Position numbers and translations under genes: made by a program
Notes under the pieces: generated by a model
The model's input: only the letters and a program-made list of their open reading frames with translations
The model's database searches: none
What the model was told of the DNA's origin: nothing
Origin: an uncultured Acidobacteriota bacterium
Lineage (GTDB): Bacteria; Acidobacteriota; Thermoanaerobaculia; UBA5066; Gp7-AA6
Direction: 5' to 3'
Length of the DNA: 64,000 nt
NCBI GenBank assembly: GCA_963804915.1
Contig: CAWDSI010000014.1
Span: 70,975 to 134,974, forward strand
In this document: one piece after another, positions 1 to 10,400 of the stretch
Position numbering within the stretch: position 1 is the first letter of the stretch
Layout: each line of letters opens with the position of its first letter

Positions 1-2385
1 TTCCCGTTCATCATCCTGCCGCTCTCGGTGTCCCGCGAGAAGTCCATCAACGCGGTGGACGCGGCCCTCGCCGAGCAGCGCATCATCATGCTGGTCGCCC
101 AGAAGGACGCGCAGAACGACTCGCCGCGTCCCGAAGACCTCTACCCCGTCGGCACGGTCGCGGCGATCATGCGCATGCTGAAGCTCCCCGACGGGCGCAT
201 CCGCCTCCTCGTCCAGGGCCTCTCGCGCGCCCGCCTCGACTCGACGCTCGCCGAAGAGCCCTACATCAAGGCCAAGATCACGCGCCTCGAAGAGAGCGCG
301 GCCAGCGAGGAGCTCCCGCCCGAGCACGAGGCCCTGCTGCGGAGCGTCAAGCAGAACCTCGAGAAGTCCGTCTCGCTGGGCAAGAGCATCTCTCCGGAAG
401 TGATGGTCATCGCCGGGAACCTCGACGATCCCGCGCGCCTGGCGGACCTCGCCGCCTCCAACCTCGACCTGAAGCTCGAAGAGGCGCAGAAGATCCTGGA
501 ATCGACGGATCCGATCGAGCGCCTGCGGCTCGTCAACGACAACCTCGCCAAAGAGATCACCGTCCTGACGATGCAGCAGGAGATCTCGACGCAGGCCCGC
601 GGCGAAATGGACAAGTCGCAGCGCGAGTACTACCTGCGACAGCAGCTCCGGGCGATCCAGCAGGAGCTCGGCGAAGGCGAGGAGATCTCCGAAGAGCTCG
701 ACGCGTTCCGCAAGGTCATCGTCGACAAGAAGATCCCGCAGGAGGCCGCGACCGAGATCGAAAAGCAGATCAAGCGGCTCGAGCGCAGCCATCCCGACTC
801 CGCCGAGACGGCGATCATCCGCACGTATCTCGACTGGATGACCGGGCTTCCCTGGAGCAACGTTTCCGACGACTCCAAGGACATCGACCGCGCCCGCAAG
901 ATCCTGGACGAGGACCACTACGACATCGAGAAGGTCAAGGAGCGCATCCTCGAGTTCCTCGCGGTCCACGCCCTGAAGCAGAGCCTGAAGGGCCCGATCC
1001 TCTGTTTCGTCGGGCCGCCGGGCGTGGGCAAGACGTCGTTGGGCCGCTCGGTCGCCCGCGCCCTCGACCGCAAGTTCGTGCGGCTGTCGCTGGGCGGCGT
1101 GCGGGACGAGGCCGAGATCCGGGGCCATCGCCGGACCTACGTCGGCGCCATGCCCGGAAGGATCATCCAGGGCCTCCATCAGGCCGGGACGTCGAACCCG
1201 GTGTTCATGCTGGACGAGATCGACAAGATCGGCGCCGACTACCGGGGCGACCCGTCCGCCGCGCTCCTCGAGGTCCTGGATCCGGAACAGAACTTCTCGT
1301 TCCGCGATCACTACCTCTCGGTGCCGTACGACCTGTCGCGCGTCCTCTTCATCGCCACGGCGAACGTCCTCGACCCCATCCAGCCCGCGTTCCTCGACCG
1401 GATGGAGGTGATCCGCCTCTCCGGGTACACGCTCGAGGAAAAGAAGGCCATCGCCCGCCGCCACCTGATCCCCAAGCAGATGGACGAGAACGGCATCACG
1501 GACGCGTCGATCGAGTTCACCGACTCGGGCGTCGAGAAGATCATCGAGGCCTACACGCGCGAGGCCGGCCTGCGCAACCTCGAGCGCGAGATCGGATCCA
1601 TCTGCCGCAAGGTCGCCGTCTCGGTCGCCAAGGGCAAGAGCCGCCGTTACCGGATCAGCGGGGCTTCCGTGGAGAAGATGCTCGGTCCCGTGAAGCACTT
1701 CCGCGACGAGCAGCTCAAGCAGGATCAGGTCGGCGTGGCCACGGGCCTGGCCTGGACTTCGGTCGGCGGCGACATCCTGTTCGTCGAGTCGCTCGCCGTC
1801 CGCGGCAAGGGCGGGCTGCGGCTGACGGGGCAGCTCGGAGACATCATGAAGGAGTCGGCGCAGGCCGCGATGTCCTACGCGCGCGCCCACGCCTCGGAGC
1901 TCGACATCAAGCACGACTTCTTCGAGACGCACGACGTGCACGTCCACGTGCCCGAGGGGGCCATCCCCAAGGACGGGCCCTCCGCCGGCATCACGATCGC
2001 CACCGCGATGATCTCGGCCTTCACCGGCCGCAAGGTGCGCCGGGACGTCGCGATGACCGGAGAGATCACGCTTCGCGGCGAGGTCCTGCCGATCGGGGGC
2101 GTCAAGGAAAAGGTCCTCGCCGCCCGGGCGGCCAAGATCACGACGATCGTCCTCCCGAAGATGAACCGGCGCGACGTCGTGCAGATCTCGCCGCGCATCC
2201 TGCACGGGATCACGTTCCGCTACGTCGACAACATGGAAGAAGTCCTGTCGATCGCCGTGATGCCGCCGGAGCCGCCTTCGAGCACCGATTCCGAAGCGGC
2301 CGACAAGCCGCCCGAGAAGTCCGGCCGCGAGATCCCGGTCTCGGCTCCGGCCCGTCGCCGGGCGCCCGCCGCGCCGCGCGCGTGA
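1..2385 (+). CDS. lon: ATP-dependent Lon protease (5' end cut by window edge)
   Basis: Frame 1 is open from nt 1 (FPFIILPLSVSREKSI, Lon N-domain). Walker A GPPGVGKTS, Walker B FMLDEIDK, S16 protease motif KDGPSAGIT and GGVKEKV. Confidence 0.95.
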   Translation, partial: FPFIILPLSVSREKSINAVDAALAEQRIIMLVAQKDAQNDSPRPEDLYPVGTVAAIMRMLKLPDGRIRLLVQGLSRARLDSTLAEEPYIKAKITRLEESAASEELPPEHEALLRSVKQNLEKSVSLGKSISPEVMVIAGNLDDPARLADLAASNLDLKLEEAQKILESTDPIERLRLVNDNLAKEITVLTMQQEISTQARGEMDKSQREYYLRQQLRAIQQELGEGEEISEELDAFRKVIVDKKIPQEAATEIEKQIKRLERSHPDSAETAIIRTYLDWMTGLPWSNVSDDSKDIDRARKILDEDHYDIEKVKERILEFLAVHALKQSLKGPILCFVGPPGVGKTSLGRSVARALDRKFVRLSLGGVRDEAEIRGHRRTYVGAMPGRIIQGLHQAGTSNPVFMLDEIDKIGADYRGDPSAALLEVLDPEQNFSFRDHYLSVPYDLSRVLFIATANVLDPIQPAFLDRMEVIRLSGYTLEEKKAIARRHLIPKQMDENGITDASIEFTDSGVEKIIEAYTREAGLRNLEREIGSICRKVAVSVAKGKSRRYRISGASVEKMLGPVKHFRDEQLKQDQVGVATGLAWTSVGGDILFVESLAVRGKGGLRLTGQLGDIMKESAQAAMSYARAHASELDIKHDFFETHDVHVHVPEGAIPKDGPSAGITIATAMISAFTGRKVRRDVAMTGEITLRGEVLPIGGVKEKVLAARAAKITTIVLPKMNRRDVVQISPRILHGITFRYVDNMEEVLSIAVMPPEPPSSTDSEAADKPPEKSGREIPVSAPARRRAPAAPRA

Positions 2386-3392
2386 TCGCGGTGAGCACGG
2401 TGAGCCGCGAAGACCGGATCGTCGAGAAGATCCGGGCCCTCGCGACGACATCCCCCGGCCTCACGATCGGTCCCGGCGACGACGCGGCCGTCGTGGCCCG
2501 GGCGGCGGGCCTTCTGGCCGCGACGACCGACATGCTCGTCGAAGGCGTCGACTTCCTTCCGGGCGAGGACCCCGAACGGCTCGGCCGCCGGGCGGTGGCC
2601 GTCAACCTCTCGGATCTCGCCGCCATGGGAGCCGAGCCCGAGTTCTTTCTCCTCTCGATCGCCGTGCCGCCGGAACGCGGCGAAGAGGTGCCCCTCGGCA
2701 TCGTGCGCGGCGCGATCGCCCGCGCGGCGGCCCACGGAGCGACGCTCGCGGGCGGAGACCTCTCGGCGGCGCCCCTTCTCGTCATCTCGATCGCCTTCTG
2801 GGGACGGCCGGCCGGCGATCCGCTGACGCGTTCCGGCGCCTCCCCGGGCGATCTCGTCTACGTCACCGGTCATCCGGGCGAAGCGGCCGCCGGGCTCCGG
2901 CTCGCCGCGGCGGCGCCGCCGGATGTTCCCGGGCTCGCGGCCGCCGACCGGCAGCGTCTCCTCGCCGCGTTTCGCGACCCCGAGCCCCGTGTCGCCTTCG
3001 GGGCCTGGCTCGGGCGCGAGCGCCTCGCCACGGCCGCGATCGATGTCTCCGACGGTCTCGGCCTCGACGCCGGCCGTCTCGCGCGGGCCTCGGGCGTTCG
3101 CCTGAGGCTCGAACGCGAGCGCCTTCCGATCTCCCCCGCTCTGGCGGCTTTCGCCGCCGCGGCGGGCGTCGATCCGATCGAGCTCGCGGTCGGCGGAGGC
3201 GACGACTACGAGCTGCTCTTCACCGTGCGGGAGGCCGACGCCCCGCGGCTCGGCGAAAAGGCCGACGCTCTCGGGGTTCCGATCCGCGCGATCGGACGCG
3301 TGAGCTCGGGAAGCGGCGCCGTGCTGTCCGACTCGCGCGGCGAGCGCGACATCGCGTCTCTCGGCCACGACCACTTCGAGGCCGCGCGATGA
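2382..3392 (+). CDS. thiL: thiamine-monophosphate kinase
   Basis: AIR-synthase-fold ThiL motifs: GDDAAVV, DMLVEGVDF, NLSDLAAMGA, DVSDGL, GGDDYELLFT. GTG start overlaps the lon stop (GTGA). Confidence 0.85.
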   Translation: MIAVSTVSREDRIVEKIRALATTSPGLTIGPGDDAAVVARAAGLLAATTDMLVEGVDFLPGEDPERLGRRAVAVNLSDLAAMGAEPEFFLLSIAVPPERGEEVPLGIVRGAIARAAAHGATLAGGDLSAAPLLVISIAFWGRPAGDPLTRSGASPGDLVYVTGHPGEAAAGLRLAAAAPPDVPGLAAADRQRLLAAFRDPEPRVAFGAWLGRERLATAAIDVSDGLGLDAGRLARASGVRLRLERERLPISPALAAFAAAAGVDPIELAVGGGDDYELLFTVREADAPRLGEKADALGVPIRAIGRVSSGSGAVLSDSRGERDIASLGHDHFEAAR

Positions 3393-4018
3393 CCGACGTG
3401 GTCGTGCCCCCGGAGCCCGGCACCGAGCCTCGGAAGCGCCGGCTGTCGCTTCGGCGCCGCAGCCTCAAGCTGCTCCTGGACCTGATGGGGCGTCAGGAGT
3501 CGCCGGAACGCGTCGCCGCGGCGGTCGCGCTGGGCGTCGGCATCGGCCTCTCGCCGTTCATCGGCTTCCACTTCCTGCTCGCGATCGTCCTCGCGTCGCT
3601 GTTCCGTCTGAGCCGGCTGGACACGGTCCTGGGCTCGCTCGTGGGAAACCCCTGGACGCTGCCGCCCTTCTTCGCCGTCGGTTACCGGGTGGGACGGGCG
3701 CTCCTCGGCTACAGCACGACTCGCGTCCCGCCGCTCCAGTGGGAGCGCATCCTGCACCAGGACTTCTGGATCTCCTTCCGCGGGCCCGGGTTCCGTCCCC
3801 GCCTGACGTCGTTCCTTCTGGGCACGACGCTGCTCGCGGTCATCCTCGCGCTCGCGTCGTACTGGATCATGCTCGGCGCTCTCCGCCTCTACCATCGCCG
3901 CCATCCCCGGGTCGCCGCGAGGGCCGCACTTCGGCGGGAACGCGCCGCCCGGCTCAAGCACGCGCACGAAACGACGCCTAAGGCCGCGCCGCCGGGCCCC
4001 GGGGATCGCGTCCACTGA
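3389..4018 (+). CDS. DUF2062-family membrane protein
   Basis: The GVGIGLSPFIGFHFLLAIVLASLFRLSRL..GNPWT pattern is typical of DUF2062. The ATGA overlap with the thiL stop suggests co-translation. Confidence 0.7.
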   Translation: MTDVVVPPEPGTEPRKRRLSLRRRSLKLLLDLMGRQESPERVAAAVALGVGIGLSPFIGFHFLLAIVLASLFRLSRLDTVLGSLVGNPWTLPPFFAVGYRVGRALLGYSTTRVPPLQWERILHQDFWISFRGPGFRPRLTSFLLGTTLLAVILALASYWIMLGALRLYHRRHPRVAARAALRRERAARLKHAHETTPKAAPPGPGDRVH

Positions 4019-5780
4019 CTTCCCAGGCGCGCAGGCCCTCGCGCGCCGCCGCCGACCTGGGCTCGATCGCCAGGGCTCGACGCCAGGCATAGAGCGCGAC
4101 GGGCCGGCGCTCCGCCGCGAGGATGAGCGCGAGGCGATACGCCAGCGGCAGCGACCGCGGGTTCTGGCGGAGACCGTCCCGGTACGCGCGCTCCGCCCCG
4201 GCCGTGTCGCCGAGGGCCTCCTTCGCGAGTCCGACGCCGAAGAATCCGTTCTCGTAGGTCGGAGCGATCCTCAACGCTTCCTCGTAGGCGCGAAGCGACG
4301 CGCGGGGATCCCCGAGCTCGCGCTCCATCCGGCCTCGTCCCGCCCAGGCGTCCCAGTACCCCGGATAGATCTCGGTCGCCCGGACGTAGTGCTCGAGCGC
4401 ACGGCGCGGGTGCCCGGTCTGCGCCGACATGTAGGCATAGTCGTAGTGCGCCTTGGCGCTCTTCGGAGAAACCCGGAGCATGTTCGTGAAGAGCGCCTCG
4501 TCGCTGGCCCACACGGGATTGCGGACGATCGTGCGCATCGACAGAAGCAGGGTCGCGGCGCCGAGGACGGCGAGACGTCTCCGCGGCAGCGCGTCGAACG
4601 CCGGGGCGGAACCGGCGATCCAGGAAGCCGCGATCAGGCAGAAGCCGGCCGACGGCAGGTAGGCGAGTCTTTCGGCGAAGATCGTTCCCGTCGGAAAGAG
4701 CAGGTTCGAGGTCGGCAGGGCCGCCACAGCCATGAAGAGAAAGCCCAGCGCCGGCAAAGACTTCTCGCGGAGCCTGCGAAGCGCCGCAACCCCGAGCAGC
4801 AGGAGCAATCCCGCCGCGGCCCAGGCCGTGGGATCCGCGAGGCCGAGCGCCCGGATGGACCAGGCCGACTCGTCCGACGAGAGCCGCAGGGGAAGCGCCA
4901 GCCGTCCGAGCGTCCGGACGAACACCGCGCAGGCATTCAAGCTCCGGACGAGCGGCGGAAGCGGCGCGAAGGGATTCTCGAGCTCGAAAATGCCGGTGCG
5001 TTCCGACTTCAGAGGCCCGCCGAGCACCCCGGAGCGTATCCAGAAGACCGCTCCCAGAACGAGGGCCGCGCCGACGTAGAACGGGAGGCCGCGCGAGAAC
5101 GCGGAGCGCAATCGCGGACCCAGGCCATTCGAATCCGACTCCCTGGAATCGGGCTCCTTTGAATCGGACCCGGACCACGCCAGAATCAGGAACAACAGCG
5201 CCGGCGCGACCGCCGCGCTCTCCTTCGTGAGGTTGCCCAGGAAATAGAGCAGCAGCGCTCCGGCCCAGGCCCACCACCGCCTCGGTCCCCCGTCGACGAA
5301 ACGCAGCGCGCAGAGCAGACATCCCAGAACCAGGGTCGCGGCGAGCGTCTCGCCTCGGCCGACGATGCTGGTCACCGCCTCGACGTGTATCGGGTGCACC
5401 GCGAAGAGGAGGGCGGCCCCGACGGCGACCGGCGGCGGCGCGAGGCGCAGGAGCAGCCGGGCCAGGAGCAGCGTCGCCGCGGCGTGCCACAGGAGATTGA
5501 CGACGTGGAAGGGAACCGGATCTGCGCCGTGGATCCACCACTGCGCGGCGAACGAGAGCAGAAGCAGCGGACGGTAGGCCGTGCCGGTGCCCTTCGCGCC
5601 TCCGAAATACTGCGTGGTGAAGAGGTCGACGACGCGCTCGGGAGACCGCAGCCGGAAGTTGTCCCGGACGATCGCCTTGTCGTCGTAGGTGAATGCGCCG
5701 GTCAGCCCGTTGGCGTAGGCGAGAGCGCACGCGCCGAGCAGCAGGAGCGCCCACGGAAGCCGGAGGCGCTCGCGCGTCAC
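3978..5780 (-). CDS. polytopic membrane protein with C-terminal TPR repeats (PMT_2/TMTC-like glycosyltransferase family)
   Basis: The N-terminus has many hydrophobic helices (WALLLLGACALAYANGLTGAFTYDDKAIV). The C-terminus has TPR repeats (AHYDYAYM.., AWAGRGRMEREL..). Start trimmed to the GTG at 5780, which overlaps the sdaAA stop (GTGA). The ORF-track extension to 6515 is an off-frame shadow over sdaAA. Confidence 0.75.
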   Translation of the reverse strand: MTRERLRLPWALLLLGACALAYANGLTGAFTYDDKAIVRDNFRLRSPERVVDLFTTQYFGGAKGTGTAYRPLLLLSFAAQWWIHGADPVPFHVVNLLWHAAATLLLARLLLRLAPPPVAVGAALLFAVHPIHVEAVTSIVGRGETLAATLVLGCLLCALRFVDGGPRRWWAWAGALLLYFLGNLTKESAAVAPALLFLILAWSGSDSKEPDSRESDSNGLGPRLRSAFSRGLPFYVGAALVLGAVFWIRSGVLGGPLKSERTGIFELENPFAPLPPLVRSLNACAVFVRTLGRLALPLRLSSDESAWSIRALGLADPTAWAAAGLLLLLGVAALRRLREKSLPALGFLFMAVAALPTSNLLFPTGTIFAERLAYLPSAGFCLIAASWIAGSAPAFDALPRRRLAVLGAATLLLSMRTIVRNPVWASDEALFTNMLRVSPKSAKAHYDYAYMSAQTGHPRRALEHYVRATEIYPGYWDAWAGRGRMERELGDPRASLRAYEEALRIAPTYENGFFGVGLAKEALGDTAGAERAYRDGLRQNPRSLPLAYRLALILAAERRPVALYAWRRALAIEPRSAAAREGLRAWEVSGRDPRGPAARP

Positions 5781-6655
5781 CGGATCGCGTAGAGCTGGTT
5801 GCGGATACGGCACCCGGTCGGCGTCATCGCCAGGCCGCCGTCGGCGGTCTCCTTGAGGCTCCGGGGCATGGCCTCGCCGATCTTGACCATGGCCTCCACC
5901 ACTTCGTCCATCGGGATCACGCTCTCCACGCCGGCGAGGGCCGTCTGCGCGCCCGCGAGCGCGAGCATGGCCGTGAAGCCGTTGCGCACGACGCAGGGCA
6001 CTTCGACGAGGCCCGCGACCGGGTCGCAGGCCAGGCCGAGCGTGTTCTGCAGGGTCAGCGCCGCCGCATGCACGCTCATGGCCGGCGTCCCCCCGAGCAG
6101 GAACGCCAGGGCTCCCGCGGCCATCGAGGCGCCCACGCCCTGCTCGGCCTGGCAGCCGCCCGCCGCCCCGGACAGCTCCGCTTTGGCCGCCACCAGGGCG
6201 CCGAAGCCTCCGGCGACCACGAGCCCCCGGGCCGTTTCGACGTCCGAGAACCCGCGCTCCTCGGAGATCGCGAGCAGCGTGCCCGGGACCATGCCCGCGG
6301 CGCCGGCCGTCGGGGCGGCGACGATGATTCCCATGCGCGAATTCTCCTCGAGCACGGCGATCGAGTAGGCGATCGCCCGCGCGACGAGACGGCCCCCGGC
6401 GATGTCGCCGTCGCGGGTGAACTCGATGACCTTCTTCGCGTCGCCGCCGACGAGGCCCGAGAAGGATTTCCCTCCCGCGAGACCCCGGCGAACCGAGTCC
6501 TTCATGATCGCCCATCGGTCGAGGAACGTCTCGAACACGCGCTCGGCGGACAGGTCGCGCTCCGCCGCTTCCTGCTCGAGGAAGATCACGTCGAGGGGCT
6601 TCCCGCTCTCCTCGGCGACGGCGAGCAGATCGGCGAAGGATTCGAGCTGAGGCAT
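5777..6655 (-). CDS. sdaAA: L-serine ammonia-lyase (iron-sulfur dependent), alpha subunit
   Basis: Strong similarity pattern to SdaAA (MPQLESFADLL.., GGDAKKV, AAPTAGAAG, GGCQAEQGVGASMAA, GLACDPVAGLVEVPC). Start set at the ATG at 6655 (MPQLES). Confidence 0.9.
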   Translation of the reverse strand: MPQLESFADLLAVAEESGKPLDVIFLEQEAAERDLSAERVFETFLDRWAIMKDSVRRGLAGGKSFSGLVGGDAKKVIEFTRDGDIAGGRLVARAIAYSIAVLEENSRMGIIVAAPTAGAAGMVPGTLLAISEERGFSDVETARGLVVAGGFGALVAAKAELSGAAGGCQAEQGVGASMAAGALAFLLGGTPAMSVHAAALTLQNTLGLACDPVAGLVEVPCVVRNGFTAMLALAGAQTALAGVESVIPMDEVVEAMVKIGEAMPRSLKETADGGLAMTPTGCRIRNQLYAIR

Positions 6656-6665
6656 GAACGGTCTC

Positions 6666-7349
6666 CTATGTGATGGGGGCGCCGCCGGCCACGCGATCGA
6701 GCACGTGCACGCGGTGGATGCCCGGCATCGCCTTGAGGGCGTCGACGTCGTCCGCGGGGAGGGGCGCATCGAGATCGATGCGCATGAACGCCTGCTCCCC
6801 TTTTCCCCGGCGCAGGACCTCCATCGACGCGATGTTGATGCCGCGGCGGCCGATGATCTCGGAAGCGCGCATCACGACGCCGGGCCGGTCCTCGTAGAAG
6901 AGCAGCAGGCAGGGATCCTTGGCCGACAACGCGACGGGAAAGCCGTCGACCTCGCGAATCTCGATCATGCCTCCGCCGGTCGACGCGCCCAGGATCGAGA
7001 TGGCGCGCGTGGCCCCGCGCAGGTGGATCGCCACGCTGTTCGGGTGGGCCTCGGGCCCCATGTTCCTGGGCTTCAACTGGAAGGCCAGGCCCCGTTCCCG
7101 GGCCAGATCGAGCGCGTCCTTGATGCGCGCGTCGTCGACCTCGAACCCGAGCGTGCCCGCGACGAGCGCGCGGTCCGTGCCGTGGCCGCGCATCGTCTTC
7201 GCGAACGCCGAGTGGAGCTCGAACCGCGCCTCGACGGGCTCTTCCTCGAGCAGCGCGCGGGCCACGCGGGACAGCCGGCAGGCGCCGGCGGTGTGAGAAG
7301 ACGACGGGCCCACCATCACGGGCCCCACGATGTCGAGGAGCGAGATCAC
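6666..7349 (-). CDS. sdaAB: L-serine ammonia-lyase, beta subunit (with ACT domain)
   Basis: VISLLDIVGPVMVGPSSSHTAGA is the canonical SdaAB N-terminus, followed by a C-terminal ACT-like domain. Start set at the GTG at 7349. No obvious SD upstream. Confidence 0.85.
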   Translation of the reverse strand: MISLLDIVGPVMVGPSSSHTAGACRLSRVARALLEEEPVEARFELHSAFAKTMRGHGTDRALVAGTLGFEVDDARIKDALDLARERGLAFQLKPRNMGPEAHPNSVAIHLRGATRAISILGASTGGGMIEIREVDGFPVALSAKDPCLLLFYEDRPGVVMRASEIIGRRGINIASMEVLRRGKGEQAFMRIDLDAPLPADDVDALKAMPGIHRVHVLDRVAGGAPIT

Positions 7350-7362
7350 GGGGGGAGTATAG

Positions 7363-7445
7363 GTTGAGAGTTGAGAGTTAAGAGTTGAAGGTTGAGAGTC
7401 CGAGCGTCGCCCGCTCAACCCTCAACGCTCAACGCTTCAACTCTT
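7363..7445. repeat. inverted arrays of a 7-nt repeat (5x GTTGAGA-like, then 4x CTCAAC-containing units) forming a long imperfect hairpin
   Basis: 7363-7397 reads gttgaga gttgaga gttaaga gttgaag gttgaga. 7414-7443 reads ctcaacc ctcaacg ctcaacg cttcaac tc. The arms are reverse complements separated by about 16 nt. The right arm contains the stop codon of the sigma-54 activator gene. Confidence 0.8.
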
Positions 7446-10400
7446 CTTCACCTCCACCTTCAGTTCCCGGATCAGGTACAGCAACGCCTGCCGCGACAGC
7501 CCCAGCTCTCTCGCGGCCCGGCTGCGATTCCCACCGGCACGGTCCAGCGCGTCGGCGATGAGGTCGCGCCGGTGCGCGTCCACGCGGGCGCGATAGCCCC
7601 CCGGCCGGGACGCCGCGGCGCGGACGGGCCGCACGCAATCCGGCAGCATCTCCCGCGTCACGAAGGACGCGGCGTCGCAGAGCGCCACCGCCTGCGCCAT
7701 GGCGTTCTGCAGCTCGCGCACGTTGCCCGGCCATCCGTGGGACGCGATCGCCGCCGCGGCCTCCGGGGAGAGCGACAGGACGCCCTTCCCGTAGTCGCGG
7801 GCGTAGCGTTCGAGAAAGTACCGCGCGAGAAGCAGCGCGTCCCGGCCGCGCTCGCGCAGGGGCGGCAGCCGGATCACCGCAACGTGGAGGCGGTAGAAGA
7901 GATCCTCCCGGAAGCGCCCGGCCTCGACGTCCCGAGCCAGGTCGCGCGACGTCGCGGAAACGACGCGGACGTCGATCGGACGCGGGCGGTTCTCGCCGAC
8001 GCGCCTCAGCTCCCGTTCCTGGAGCGCCCGCAAGAGCTTGACCTGCAGGGCCAGGTCGAGATCGCCGATCTCGTCGAAGAAGATCGTCCCGCCGGCAGCC
8101 TCTTCGAGCAGTCCCCGGCGCTCCTTCTCCGCTCCGGTGAATGCGCCCCGCGCATGGCCGAACAGCTCGCTTTCGAGAACGCCGCCGGGAATCGCGGCCA
8201 CGTTCACGGCCGTGAACGGGCCCGCCGAACGGCGCGAGAGGCGATGAATCGCTCGCGCCACGGCTTCTTTTCCCGAGCCCGACTCGCCGAGGATCACGAC
8301 GGTGACGTCCTGAGGCGCGAATCGATTCAGCCGGAGCGTAGGGCTCCTCCATCGACGCGTCGCCGGTCACGATCCCGAGCCGCTTCCACTCGTGGACCCG
8401 GCTCGCCGGCGGAGAGCCCGTCGATTCCGCACTTCCGTTATTCCGATTCAGGGTGTTCCGATACAGGAGCGTCTCGAGAAGCAGCGCGACGGACGCGAGG
8501 ACTTCGCGCGGCGGCGCCGGATGGAGCGCGATCGAGAAGCGGGCCGCGCCGGCTTCGAGAGGATGCCAGGCGGCGCCCTCCGCCGAAGGGAGGCTCCCGA
8601 ACGCGAGAACCTCGCGGCCGTGCGCGTCCCGGACCGCGAGACCCTCGAGGCCCAGGCGGCCGAGCGCTCCATCGAGGGTCGGCGTCTCGCCGCGAGAGAA
8701 CCGCGAGCACCGCGGCGCGCAGGGGTCGAAGCGAGTCGCTCCGAACCTCGGCCGGAGGCGGACCGAAGACACGCGCGGCGAGCTCCGCGCCCCCGGATTC
8801 CCGGAGGCATCGCGCCGCGCGTTCGCGCCAGCGCGCGGGGATCGCCGCCTCCGAGAAGAGCCGCGTCCACCGCACCACCGTCTCGGAGGCGGCGTACGGG
8901 TCGCGCGCGAACAGACCTTCGAGCTCGTCCCAGGCGGCGCGCGGCGGGCCGCCGGAGCTCCGCCAGGCCGCCTCCGCGAGACGCTCCCGGGCGAGCCGCT
9001 CCCGGTCGCATCGATCCGAAGGCGCCGCCGCGGCGAGCTCCCACGCGGCCACCGCGGCGTCGGCGTCGCCCTCGTAGAGTCGGCGGTCGCCCTCTTCCAG
9101 CCACAGCTCGCCGATCTCGAGCCGGTCGGAGACGGCGTCGGCGACACGCCGGGCCTCCGCGTTTTCGCGCGCGGCGTCGGCGAGAAATCCCCGCCGCAGG
9201 GCCAGCCGGCTCCCGTGATGCAGCGCGATGAGCAGACGCATGTCGTCCCGCTCCGCCCGTGCGCTCCTCGCGAGCGCCGCGATCTCCGACGTCGCCTCGT
9301 CCCAGGCGCATCGGTTCACGAGGATCTCGACCCGGTTGCCCCGGGCGATACGGAGAAGATCCTCGCGTCCGGCCGAGGCCGCCGCCGCCGAGCGCGCTCT
9401 CGAGGGCCCTCTCGCATTCGGCCGTTCGCCCGGAGTGGTACAGCGCGGCGGAAAGATCGAGGGCCAGCGCCGCGCGCTCCGCGGGATCCGCCGCCGAAGC
9501 CGCCATCGCTTCCTCGAAACGGACGATCGCACGCGCGTACTCGCGGCGGTCGAGCAGGCCGCGCGCCTCCTGGGAAAGGAATCGCGCGGCGAGCCCGTCG
9601 TCCTCCGCGCCGAGAGCGATCGGACGAACGGACTCGTAGACGGCGGACTCCTCCTCGAGGCGGCCCGCCAGCGCGAACACCCGCGCTCGGGCCAGCGCCG
9701 TCTCCACGGCGTCTTCGACGGGGAGGGCTCGCCCGAGCCGCTCGGCCTCGTCCAGAAGAGCGAGCGCGCAGTCCACGCGACCCTCACGCGAGAATCCGGC
9801 GGCGCCGAGACGCAGGGCTCGCACCGATTCGGCGGCCGGCGCTTCGGGATGCATTCGGCGAAATTCCGCCGCCCGCCGCGCCGCCTCGCCCGGTTGGCCC
9901 TGCATGACTGTGATCTCGGCCGCGCGCAGCCGGCACCGGCGCCGCAGCCCGGCATCCGCGTCCAGAGCCCGGACGACCCGCTCGAGACGCCCCTTCGCCT
10001 CGGCCGGGCGCCCGCCGACGATCTCCCGCTCGGCCTCGATCGCTTCGAGCCAGGCGGGCGCCGGGGCGCCCGAGGCCCCGAGGCGCGCCGCGAGATGCGC
10101 GGCGAGGGAAAACCACGCGACCGCCGGCCGGTTCGGGAATGCGGCCACCCAGCTCTCGGCCTCGCGCAGCGCCGCTTCCGTCCGGCCCTCCTCGAGCAGG
10201 CGCTCGATGCGCAGCCCCGGATCGCGCGAGGCGAGGTCTCGTTCGCGGCGCGTCGGGGGCGAAGCCGAGGGCACGGCTTCGAAGAGAGCCGGAGGAAGCG
10301 GCGCGTCGCCCGTGGGGTCCGCCGCGAACGACGCCCAGAAGCGGCCTCCGAGCACTCCCCGGATCAGCGAGCGCGCCCGATGAGAGTGCGACGACGCGGC

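Noticed and set aside
5120-5175. tRNA-like T-arm sequence (ccattcgaatccgactcc)
   Set aside because: It lies inside the TPR membrane protein CDS (encoding ..SDSKEPDSRESDSNG..). No acceptor or anticodon stems could be built around it.
3889-5754. 621-aa minus-strand ORF and several plus-strand ORFs (4389..5162, 5693..6673, 6654..7367)
   Set aside because: They are off-frame or antisense shadows of the TPR membrane protein and the sdaAA/sdaAB genes, with a strong Arg/Gly/Pro bias and no motifs.
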